Shown here in pieces: positions 1 through 12,608 of a stretch of 64,000 bases of DNA. Position 1 is the stretch's first letter, and every line of letters starts with the position of its first letter. A program made the translations under genes and the position numbers. Source of the DNA: Macrostomum lignano (taxonomy: Eukaryota); NCBI GenBank assembly GCA_002269645.1, contig NIVC01000926.1, positions 1 through 64,000 on the forward strand. The letters are read 5' to 3'. The notes beneath the pieces are model-generated. The model saw only the letters and a program-made list of their open reading frames with translations. It was not told the DNA's origin and did not search any database.

Positions 1-380
1 TTTCTATTGATTTTTTGGGATTCTCAATTATGGGATTTCTATTGATTTTTAGGGGATTCTCAATTATGGGATTTCTATTGATTTTTGGGATTCTCATTAT
101 GGGATTTCTATTGATTTTTAGGGATTCTCAATTATGGGATTTCTATTGATTTTTAGGGGATTTTCCAATTATGGGATTTCTATTGATTTTTAGGGGATTC
201 TCAATTGTGGGATTTCTATTGATTTTTAGGGGATTCTCAATTATGGGATTTCTATTGATTTTAGGGGATTCTCAATTATGGGATTTCTATTGATTTTTAG
301 GGGATTCTCAATTGTGGGATTCTATTGATTTTTAGGGATTCTTAATTATGGGATTTCTATTGATTTTTTAGGGATTCTTA
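1..380. repeat. ~35-bp intronic minisatellite (GGGATTCTCAATTATGGGATTTCTATTGATTTTTA)
   Basis: About 10 tandem copies visible directly, upstream of the ccgcag acceptor at 421-426. Confidence 0.9.
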
Positions 381-426
381 ATTATGCGGATTAAAACCCA
401 CCAACCCAACCGACCAATGCCCGCAG

Positions 427-1099
427 GTGGTGCCCCTCAGTCCCGACCTGGGCATTCTGGAATGGCTGAGGCGCACCCAGCCTTACAAAGACTTTCTGGT
501 GCATCAGATGACCGCAACGGAGCAGCGAATTCACTCCCAAACAGTGTATCGACTACTCTAAGTTCGTATCCAATGACCACTGCAAGCTGTACACCCTGCC
601 AGATCAGCAAGTTGTTCAACGACATTTTTCAACCTCTGCTGGACTGTGTGCCAGACTGGCTGCTTGCCAGAGGTCTGCGTCAGTTATCCAGCAGTTGGAG
701 GCCTATTACGCTATGCGTGACACCCTGGTGAGAAGTCACGCGGCAATGTGCGGCGCACACTGGCTACTGTCAGTAGGCGACAGGCACATGTCCAACTATA
801 TGCTGTGCCTGGATAGCGGCAAAATGATTGCATAGATTTCGGTTACGCCTTTGCACTGCGATCACATTTCTGCCCACCCCGGAGCTGGTGCCGTTCAGGT
901 TGACAAGACAGATTTGCGGGGCGATGGGGCCGCTGCCGCCAAGTCAGGGGGCGTTTGTGCGATGCCTGGGTCAGCCTGGCAGCTCTCAGGCGCGAGCGAG
1001 AGCTGGTGCTGTCCGTGCTGCAGGTTTTTATTAATGACGTGTCCGCTGACTGGAAGCAGCTGGCTGGGATGCTGACTGCCGCGCACAGGGAGTCAGCTG
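427..1099 (+). CDS. PRKDC: DNA-PKcs kinase-domain exon, frameshifted (assembly errors or pseudogene)
   Basis: Stitched translation reads VVPLSPDLGILEWL...VPDWLLARGLRQLS..LEAYYAMRDTLVRSHAAMCGAHWLLSVGDRHMSNYM...IDFGYAF..FLPTPELVPFRLTRQ...VFINDVSADWK, matching the PIKK kinase motifs of DNA-PKcs. Flanked by acceptor cag| at 426/427 and donor G|gtgag at 1099/1100. At least five frame changes (~548-630, ~693, ~830, ~853, ~965). Confidence 0.88.
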
Positions 1100-1184
1100 G
1101 TGAGGATTCTTTCTTTTTTTATCCCCAAATCGTAACAATTATCCCATTTGATCCCATGCTGTTGTATGTCAAAAGATGTTAATT

Positions 1185-1640
1185 AATCCCATGCTAGATT
1201 ATCCCAAGGAATCTTAAATAATCCCATGCTAGATTATCCCAAGGAATCTTGAATAATCCCATGCTAGATTATCCCAAGGAATCTTGATAATCCCATGCTA
1301 GATTATCCTAAAGAATCTTAAATAATTCCATGCTAGAATATCCCTAAAAATCCCAATAATCCCATGGTAGAATATCCCTAAAGAATCTTGAATAATCTCA
1401 TGCTAGAATATCCCCAAAAATCCAAATAATTCCAAGCTAGAAAAAGCCTAGAATATCCCTAAAAATCCCAAATGATCTCATGCCAGAATATCCCTAAAAA
1501 TCCCAAATATCCATGCTAGAATATCCCTAAAAATCTTTAAAAATCTCATGATAGAATATCTCTAAAAATCTTATATAATCCCATGCTAGAATATCTCTAA
1601 AAATCTTGAATAATCCCATGCTAACATAATCCCATAAAAA
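1185..1640. repeat. ~35-bp intronic minisatellite (AATCCCATGCTAGATTATCCCAAGGAATCTT..)
   Basis: Tandem copies with a 35-bp period (1185, 1220...). Related to the reverse complement of the 1-380 array. Confidence 0.85.
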
Positions 1641-1780
1641 TGCTAGAAGTTATCCAAATCCAATTTCAAAACCAACAGCGGCCTGGGACACCAACGGGGA
1701 TCGCACGGGCTCCAAATCAGCTTCAGCTTCATCAGCGGCAGCCGGAGGCAGCGGCTCAATCGCCAGCTTCTCCTGTCCAG

Positions 1781-2061
1781 AGCGCTGGTTCAGCTCCGAG
1801 AAGCTGCAGGTGGTTCGCCAGAAGCTGTCTGGCGCGCATCCTTGCCAGACGTTGAAGTCGGAGCTGCTGTTGGACCGGCACAGAGGCAAGCCGTACACGC
1901 CCGGCATGCTGGCTGTTATCGATCGGCGACGGATCAATGTTGGTGATGGAGATGCAGCTGAGAGGCTGGTGCCGATGCAGCAGGCCGAGCTACTGGTTGA
2001 CATGGCAACCGATCCCGCTTTGCTGGCTCGAACCTACAGCGGCTGGCAGCCGGATCTCTGA
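1781..2061 (+). CDS. PRKDC: DNA-PKcs terminal exon (FATC domain)
   Basis: RWFSSEKLQVVRQKLSGAHPC...ELLL...LVDMATDPALLARTYSGWQPDL* resembles the DNA-PKcs C-terminus (..[29 protein letters not shown]). The phase-1 acceptor tccag|1781 is compatible with the donor at 1100. An alternative in-frame acceptor lies at 1678/1679. Confidence 0.88.
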
Positions 2062-2835
2062 ACATTTTTTTAATTTCATAATTAGAATCGATTTTAGTTT
2101 ACTACTTATTTACTTTATAATGACGCAATCATGTGAGTAGTTCGTAAGGACATTATTAAATATTATCATTTTTATAGACCGCTTCATCAGCAAAAAGGTT
2201 TTAAAATGCATGATTAGCTACTAATAAGTAGATTGCAGGAACATCAGCTCTGTTCGCTGTAGTTATTTTTAAAATTAAAAAATAATTATCGTTTGATTAC
2301 CTTTGACTTTACCGTTCAGTGCGCTTATATGTTGATTGAAAATCTCAAAAAAATCTAAAATAAGTCAAACAGCACAATTTGCAGTTTCATTTTGTTTTAG
2401 GCCTTTTTAAACTATGTTTAAACTATGTTACTACTAGTGATGGCGCAATATTAAAGTAGTTTAAACGGAAATTTGCGTTTCAACAGGAAACTAATATATA
2501 TGGTTTAAATTTTTCAACATATTACGTCACAAGTTTATTTTTTTAAGACATCTTGTTTGCTCTATCAAAATTAAATAGTGTATAGCTAGTATCTTTATAA
2601 AGGTGTTTACCCACAATAACTTTGCAAATATTTTTCTGACGCTAAATTTCTATCCCGTGCTTAAAATTACGAGTAGGTATCCTGGCTTAATCTGGTTGAC
2701 TTGTCAGTTTTAAACATTGGCTTAACTTTAAAAGCACCTGTTTCTTTCAAGTAACTGTTTTATTTCCACATTAATAGTAGTATGGTTAGTCTTTTAGAAC
2801 TGTGTTAGCCAAAATCGGCTGCCTAATTTCTATCG

Positions 2836-3207
2836 GGGTGGGTTTCACAAACGCGAAATTTCACAACCGCTAAAAGCACTTGCTTTCACAACCGCGAAAC
2901 TTCAAAACCGCTAAAAATTTTGCAGTCACTTTCATAAACGCGAAGCTTCACAACCGCGAAACTTCACAACCGCTAAATCACCTACTTCCATAAGCGCTAA
3001 ATTTCACAAACGCAAAACTTCACAACCGCTAAATTTTTTGCAGTCACTTTCACAACCGCGAAACTTCATAACCGCGAAACTTCACAACCGCTAAAATTTT
3101 TGCACTTACTTTCATATACGGTAGCCTTTTTAGCGGTTGTGAAGTTTCGCGTTATGAAAGTAAGGTGATTTAGCGGTTGTGAAATTTCGCGTTTGTGAAA
3201 GCAACCC
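2836..3207. mobile_element. MITE / small foldback element with internal subrepeats
   Basis: Left GGGTGGGTTTCACAAACGCGAAATTTCACAACCGCTAAA is inverted relative to right TTTAGCGGTTGTGAAATTTCGCGTTTGTGAAAGCAACCC. Internal repeats of TTCACAACCGCGAAAC. No clear TSD. Confidence 0.7.
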
Positions 3208-3880
3208 TTGTACAATACTACATACTACTTATCCAAAAGTTTTCGTAAGTAGCATTTCTATTAAACTATTCTATGTTATTTTTGTTTAATTCCAAGGTTT
3301 CTTACTTATTTTTCGCACCATTTCAAAAATTCTATTAAATATAGCCGCTTTCGTGTTTAAATGCTTTTTAATAATACAAATTTTAAAAAGCGCATTTGAG
3401 AAGCAATTTTGGTGCTCTGCTACTTTAATATTGCTCTATTTGTCTAAACAGTCCAAACAGGGCCTTAGAAGTGCTTATAATATTCTTAAACAGGCTTAGA
3501 TTCTCCTCTCTGGCAGCTGACACACAAATAGATATTATTGTACACCCCGGGGTGGCCCCGGGAGATGCAAATCTGTCTAGGGTAGCAGGGGCTGCCTAGC
3601 TGGGAGACACCCAGGTCCCGCCTATGCCTGTCCCTAACTAAACCACGTACTGAACATCACGTGTTCATCGTTACTCTACTATAAACACATGTTATATCTA
3701 TATATCTACTCTACTGCACTGCTGCTAGCGGGCCAACGGTGGTGACGGCACGGAACGGGGACCGTGGATTGAATAGAAAGGAAAAGGGCGGTAAACAGAC
3801 AGACAATAAGCAAAAATATACCACCCAACTAGGCAGCCAATCAAACCGCCAGCCGGGGAGGGGTGGAGCAACTGAGCTGG

Positions 3881-5445
<1,565 letters not shown>

Positions 5446-5736
5446 TTTTTCTTGGGCTCTTCTTGCAGACATTGTGATATAATCAGCAAAGTTATCGTGT
5501 TCAGCTCCAAAGGTTCGACACCAGCCGGCGGGATCGCCGATAGCTCTGGGCCTGAGCCTTCGGCAGATGCATTTGGTTGCAACATGGCAGACAACTCCGG
5601 ATCCGAGTCGGCGTCAGGTCCATTACAACGTCTTACTTTTAACCTTTAGGAGTAAGGTAGCGCCACTCGTTTTCTACTCAATCGGGCACGGTTTCTTTGT
5701 CCGAAGCGATTAAACATGAACGCTTAAAGCTGAAAA

Positions 5737-6277
5737 TGTTTCATGGAAAGAAATATGGTTTTATATATAAATCGTTAGTACAAACTTTCCAATTTGCTTT
5801 TGCGTACGCCCTAGATTCTAAAATTGCATGTTGAATAAAAAATTGTATAAAAACACTACCTTCTCTTAAACTACTAAAGTTCATTGAAACGTGTTTATTA
5901 CAAAGTTGGTACAAGAAATGCATATACTGTGGGCTTAGAATACAATTCAACGTCCTATATGTACGAGCTAAGTGTCGGATTCCCAAATCCTCCATATGCT
6001 ATTACAAGTACGCATTCTTACTTTGCGTAAACATTCTTACATTCTTACTTTAATTCTAGCAAAGTACAAACACTTGGCATATGTTCATTTACTTTAGTCC
6101 ACTCCAATTCTGGTTCGCTACGTTTATACCATAGACGATCTCCAAGCTTCCACTGTACTCTATAAATCGTATTATCAATAAAGCAAGCGCGGGCTTTGAC
6201 CTAAAGTGTAGCCTTCTACCTTACCACAGCATATCTGTTTCTTGTCAAGCCTGATAATTTGGTAGCAGAGCGTGGTT
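5737..6277 (+). mobile_element. Probable 5' LTR plus primer-binding site (initiator tRNA-Met type) of a Bel/Pao element
   Basis: TGGTAGCAGAGCGTGGTT at 6260-6277 is complementary to an iMet-tRNA 3' end and lies just upstream of gag. AATAAA near 6177. The LTR start (TGTTT at 5737) is tentative. Confidence 0.55.
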
Positions 6278-6314
6278 ACAAGCCTGCCTACGTGCCCGCC
6301 TGTGATCCACAAAC

Positions 6315-7496
6315 ATGTCCAGCCTATGCGCATTCGTTAGCACGACCACCATGTGCTCTGAGACATGCCTAGCTCAACAGCACAGCAAGGAAAAGCTGCG
6401 CTGCCAGCAGTGCCATGCCGTCATATGTCGCCGTTTCGCTGACTCAGCCTTCTCCCCTAAGGGATCGGCCAGTAAGGCGGTGTTCGACCTTCTCCTCTCT
6501 CGACTCAACGAGGCCTTGGGCTCAGCCGGCCCGCAGCCCGTCTACAAATGCCCTCTCTGTCCCTCCTCGGACGGCTAATCAACGCCCTCGCTCTATGAGC
6601 AGCTGATAGCCCAGGGACTCATACAGGTGAACCTTCGCGACAAGCGTCCAACGCACTTCAAACGTAGCAGCCTCCAGCTCGGCATCCAGGCCTCCGACTC
6701 TGAGGAGGGAATGGAGAGCGCCTCCGCACCAGAAGCCCGCGACCCAGGCCACGTGAGCGACGACGGCGGCAGCCAGCGACGCAACAGCGCCAACCCTGCG
6801 ACTACATCAGCACAGCCAGCCTCTCATTCTGCCTGTACCACTCTGCGGCCCAGTACTACGGATCCCGCAACCGCGCCCGCCCAGCCTGGCTTCTTCCCAC
6901 GGTCCAGCCCATCCTACGCACCCGGCGCTGCGCCCGCTGTCTCTCAGGACTGCATGCAGCAGCTTCTCTGCAGCTTGACACAGATGATGCAACAGAACCA
7001 GCAGATCCTGCTGCAGGTCCAGGCCCAAGCGTGCCAGCCTTCCAACTCATCCGTCCCAACCCAACCGGCGCCACGACCCAACTTCTCGGGCGACTGTATC
7101 CTTCACAACGTCCAGCTCCAAACGTTCGACGGCAACTTCCCAGCCTTCTGGAGCTCCTTCAACTACCGAGTCGACCACATCAGTTACTCGGATGTAGACA
7201 AGTTCGAGACACTACGAGGCCTCCTCAAGGATGCTGCGCTCAAGAAGCTCGGTGGCCTCGACGCCTGCCAGCCCGGCGCGTACAAGGAGGCCCGTCGTAT
7301 CCTCGAGCTCAACTACGGCGACCTGCAAGAGCAGAAGAGCGTCTGCTACCGTCGTCTCCTCACCATGCCGCGTCTGCGCAGCATCGAGTACGAGAGCCTA
7401 GAGGACTTCGCCGACGTTCTCCGCCTCACCGTCGGACAACTCAGTCGACTGAACATCTCGACCTGCTCATCGGCAACGACTACGCCCAACTGCTGA
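6315..7496 (+). pseudogene. Bel/Pao gag (Cys-rich N-terminus plus DUF1759-like core), in-frame stop at 6576-6578
   Basis: ORFs 6315-6578 and 6627-7496 share a frame. LQTFDGNFPAFWSSF...DVDKFETLRGLLKDAA...YKEARRILELNYGD is typical of Bel/Pao gag. Confidence 0.8.
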
Positions 7497-8072
7497 TCGG
7501 ACCCAGCACCGGCGCCATCCCGCTGCGGCCCAGGCTCACGGCCTACCTCATCCCGTTCGGCGCCATACTGAGCGGCTCCCTCGGAGACGACGAACATCAC
7601 AGCGGCAACAGCCACCCTCGCGTCATCGGCAACACTCTGCTCTGCAATAGCCGTCCGACGAACTTGGAGCAGCTGGTAGACCGGATGACCAGCCTTGAGA
7701 TCCTTGGCCTACAGAAAGATGTGGGGCGAGTCAACCTTCAAGATGACGCGCTCACCAACCGCCTTCTCAAGAGCGTCACTCGCCAGCCAGATGGACGCTT
7801 CTCTGTCGCCCTGCCCTTCAAGCCTGAGGCAGAGCAGCTACCCACCAACTTCAGCCAAGCCTTTGGACGCGCTCAAGCCACCCACCGCAGACTGACGCTG
7901 GCCCAACGCGAGCAATACTACGCAGAGTTCAAGAAGAGAAATAAGGAAGGTGTCATTGAGATCGTGGACGGAGGCAAGCCTGCAGGGTCCATAGTACACG
8001 TGCTCCCACACTTCCCAGTCGTCAAGGAGTCGTCCAATACCACCAAGATCCGACCAGTAGTGGATGCTTACT
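7450..8072 (+). pseudogene. Bel/Pao pol fragment (end of protease region to start of RT), truncated at both ends
   Basis: LDLLIGNDY...FGAILSG...DGRFSVALPFK...LPHFPVVKESSNTTKIRPVVDA matches the Bel/Pao pre-RT region. It abuts gag directly, implying an internal deletion. Confidence 0.8.
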
Positions 8073-11000
8073 TGTAATAGCATATGGAGGATTCGGGAAT
8101 CCGACAGGCTGGGGGCGGAACGATTAACAGTTGGAGGATTCGGGAATCCGACATCTTCTCTTCAGCCTTTTGGCTTCCGAACAATGATGGGTGAGCTGGC
8201 TGTTGGTTCATCATGATCAACATGATCATCATCATTAGAGACATTTTTCTCAATTTAACTTGTATAAAGTTGTATAAAGGTTTTTGCTGTTTTCTTAGAT
8301 CCTTTCCGCTGACACCAAGGTTGTTGTAGGGCTATCTTCTTAGTAAAGTCTTGATCTCAATGATGCCACCAAAGTTGTCGCAGCTTTCCCACCGCTTCTA
8401 CCAAAGTTGTTGTAGATCTTATATATGATTAATTTCTCAATAGATCTTTTAAATTTGCATAAAATTATGGCCCTTTTAGACTCTAGAAATGGTAGCATAT
8501 GGTAGCGTATCTATCTCAATTATGGTAGCGTATTTATGTCAAATGACCGAGTTTTTAGTTACATATTTATTTCATATAATATAATATTTATTTCATACAT
8601 TTCACTAAGGTATTTATTATTAAGCTTGTTAGGCTGATCTGGTTTGTAATATTCAGTCCGCTTTTAAGGCGTTACCAATGATCTAAGGATTACAGCTTTT
8701 CTTCTATATATATATATATCTCTCTCTCTCTGAAAATGAATAACTCCTTTAGAAAGCACACTTGAGTCTTTTCTACATGTATTTCAATGTTTTCACATTG
8801 TGAAGAGTTGATTCGGGAGGTGATCAGTCTCCCGAAAACTCCCACTTCCAGACACTTAAGCCTGGGAACAAAATCAGTGATCACTTCCTGTTGCGGGCTC
8901 CTCTTCTTTGTCGCGCGCGTCTGTAGAGCTCGTCTCCGTAGAGCTGTTCCTCCCGGGGTAGTCTTCTTGAAGTCTAGAGTCGGCCGAAAGTGAGAGCGTA
9001 ACAATTAAATCGACGTCGCAGTATTTCTTCGGGTGCAGAATTCGATGTATTCCTCGAGTGCATAAATCAATATCAACGATGCGCCCTTATAATAAAATCA
9101 ACTTTCTATAATAAAACGAGGTCCTCCAAGAAGGGCGTCTTCTTCTAGAAATAACGGAATCGGAGTCGTGTGCTCCTATCGGTTAATCTAGGATAAACAA
9201 AATCAATCAATCGATAATCCTCTAAGGGTATCGGAATCGGTCCGCAGATCCTATCCAATCCCTTAGGAAAACGGGAGGTCTCAAATTCGATGAATTCAGT
9301 CAAATCGACTGGACAGTAACAGCCGACTATGAATCGCTCTCAAATCAATAACAAAGGCTCGAGCAACGGCTCACCAATTGGTTTACTTCTCTCTCAGAGA
9401 TGTAGCCTCGCTTAGCTGTTCCAGCAAGCTCCAAGATCTTTAAGAGGCTGCTCCGAGTCTAAGATTTCAGCTCGGATTTTTCGTTTATATTTATACACAA
9501 TTTGTCGGCCTTGAGTCGGCCTTGAGCTCAAAACCGGTTTTTTTGATGAGTTCACGAAAAGAATTTTAATATTTGACAGGTGAGGTTTTTGAATAGAAAT
9601 GGGTGAGACTTGGGTTACATTCAGGTTAACATTTACCATATTTGGGAGTTCTAAAAATAGATGTCGAGAACCGGTTTTTCGGACAATAGCGTAGTCACTC
9701 GCTGTTTGCGTGATATTACTGGTATTACTATAAATAGAGTATGACGCATAGCTATTTTTAAATTTGTGTTCATAATTTTATCTTACTACTTCTAGTACGC
9801 TACCATGTTTAGAGATCTCTACAATTGCCAGCACTGTAGGGTTTGTTTTTCTCTCTACTTCTACTCGTGTATTTATAGTCTTTCTCCTTCTATTTTAGTA
9901 AAACAAAGGGGTAGCATGAGATTATTCGGTGCATTAAAACAATATGGAAATTGTTCGTTGCAGATAAACAAAATGGAATTGTTCGGTGCAGATAAACAAA
10001 AATGTGACGGTTTCCTAGACATAGATTTAAAAATGAAAAACGTAGCAATTTTCTTTTGTATCTACATCAACTAATTACCTCCCTTAACAAACTTTTTTGA
10101 ACAATTAGTGAGAAAAATTTGCGGAAGGCATTCAGGACACAATCAAATGCTTAGAAACAGTAATATGACATTTACAAAAGTCTGGTAAGGTAACTCGCTT
10201 TATAAGCAACAGGAACAGAAATGAAATCGCCAACATATGTTTAAAATGCCGAAGCTTTTCGTCCTAAGCGGACATCGTCAGGGTCGATTTATTGAAAAAC
10301 GAAAACACAGGTGTTTAAAAGTAGGTTTTTGTGCATTGTGAGTTAAAGTCCGATGGACAGGTCAAAAGGCGAACCATGATCAAGAGGTTGGAGAGGAACG
10401 CACACACAGCGCAGAGAGAGAGAGCGTGCCTCATACGTCAGAACACTTGGAGCTGTTGGCTTGCACCGTTCCCCGCTAATTGGACATTAAGGTTTGGCTT
10501 GAGGGCCTTGATGTACAAGGCTTCAAGATTGGTCAGTTTGTAATCTTGCCTTTTATTACGCTTAGTATAGTTACATAGAAGGTAGTTATATAGCAAAGCT
10601 ATATAACAGCAAAGCTATATAACTACTTGCTATATAACTATACTAAGCGTCTATTTCTGCAGTGTAGCGTAGATCCTCCCTATTAAATTGGACTATCGAG
10701 CCTAATTAAACTGAAAGAACATGCTCTTAGAACACGGAGCATGCGCCGATTAGCCTATGATGCGCTCCTCGTGCATGCTCAGAAATCGTTTCCTCAAAAT
10801 TGAAAACTGACTTCTGTACTACTGTACAAAACACAACTGAGATTTATATTATCAGGAAGAAGACTTCCAGGCGCGTCATCTGAAATAAGTTTTTTAACTC
10901 GCTAAATCATATAGAACCGCAAAATTAGTCGAGTTAAATAATTGTCTTACTTTTTGTACAGGTTCAACATCTGAAGCAAACTCAACAAAACGTGCAAAAA

Positions 11001-11891
11001 TGTGCGCTTTAATGTGGAGCTGCGTTCTTAAATGATTCGTTAAATAGACGCGTGAACATCATGCGAAAACAGTTCATTTAAAATTCGACGCCCTGTTTCT
11101 CAAAAATGTACCTATTGTTTTCATATGATCTTATGAGAAAGTAAAATTTATCTATTTGCCCTCATTTAAAGCCAACAAATCAAAAATCGTGTGTTAGGAT
11201 TCCTTATTTTCGAAGTTTAAAAATTGTACAGCATTTTTGCTCGTATACACCTTGTACAGGTACAAAGTACGCAATCCCGTGTACATATTGTAGTATCCTT
11301 GCAAATAACGAACACTGCAGAGGCTCCGTGTAGTAGAGTTATAGTTGAAACGGATGTGCGCCGATAGCAAGCACTCGGCAGTAGATTTGTTTGAAGCGTG
11401 TATTTGTAGTAGTCTGGGCTAGCAATAGTAGCTGGAGGACCCCAAAGGAGTCTTGGTTATGACTGCGCGTGGAGTTTCTATTTATAGGCGGGAGCGCGAG
11501 GGAGAACTTTCCAGAAGGATACCATACATGGCACGCGCGCACACGAGAGAAGGGTCGAGAAGATTCTGGAATAAACAAATGAACTCACGCATTATAACAA
11601 ATGAGGGAAGTTTCTAGAAACTTCCAGAATAATTGCACGATCGCCATAACACATATCCTCAAGTGTCTAAGTGTCCCGTGTACATTACCTTGTTGGAAAG
11701 AGAATCTAGGTAGCTGTTTAATGCCACCAAGCTTCTGCTTGATCTTGCGCCGTTCAAAAGTTGTGCGTCAGTGTTGAAAATGGGTCGAAATGCAGGTGCA
11801 AAATTTTGAGGTTTTTTCAAACCCTGCTCGGCACGAGTATATCGTATAGGCGTCAAAGTATACCAAACCGTTACCACATATGCTGGCAACA
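8073..11891 (-). mobile_element. LTR-retrotransposon remnant (long LTR/leader, PBS cluster, possible gag start)
   Basis: Three TGG-initiated PBS-like motifs on the minus strand at 8300-8403, a TATA-like TATAAATAG on the minus strand near 11480, and TGTTG at 11891 as a possible LTR start. Outer boundaries are uncertain. Confidence 0.4.
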
Positions 11892-12608
11892 ATTATGCAC
11901 GAACCACTAAGCTGCACCATAAAAGGTACAATTAATTGTTTGTTAGTGGCCAGCAAAGGAGTAAAAAAAGACACGTTTCTCGACCTTCAAGCCGGAAATA
12001 TTCGATACAATGTATGTAAACAAAGAAGAACTATTTACGCAACACCTAAATGATTGCAAGGACATGCGTTGTGAAGCACAAAAAGTGTTACTTCTACATC
12101 AGGTAAGCCTTGAAAGTGCACCTTTAAAAATGTACTTTTACAGTACACTTGTACTTTTGTAAAACAGGTGTACGATTCGAAATTTTTATATCTTGATCAA
12201 ATAGCCCGCGGTGTCCTCATTGTACCCCTACAAGCTCAAATTCGACGTATTCGACCTTTTCGCTGCCCTGCAACAAACTAAAAAAATGAAAATTTTTGCA
12301 ACTTAAAAAATACATTTTTCACATTTTATACCGAAAAGTGCAAATGCACCAAAAATCATTATTGTGTCTAGACATCGCGGGCTATATCGTGAAAATAATC
12401 GTCAATGTGCTGCCCCGGAATAAGTAGTCTATGGCCGAATTTGTGCCAGGAAAGTAAACGGATATGTAACGTATATATCCGTTAAAAACAGATTTAACCA
12501 TTGATGAACTATAGATCGATTGAACGTAGGTTTTGTCATTAATATTATTACCAAGGACACACTAAGCAATTCGTCCACTGCTTATAGCTATTCACCGCTT
12601 TCATACAG

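Noticed and set aside
11970-12110. Peptide MYVNKEELFTQHLNDC resembling a Polinton PolB zinc-finger segment
   Set aside because: Too short, with no flanking motifs; cannot be supported without a search.
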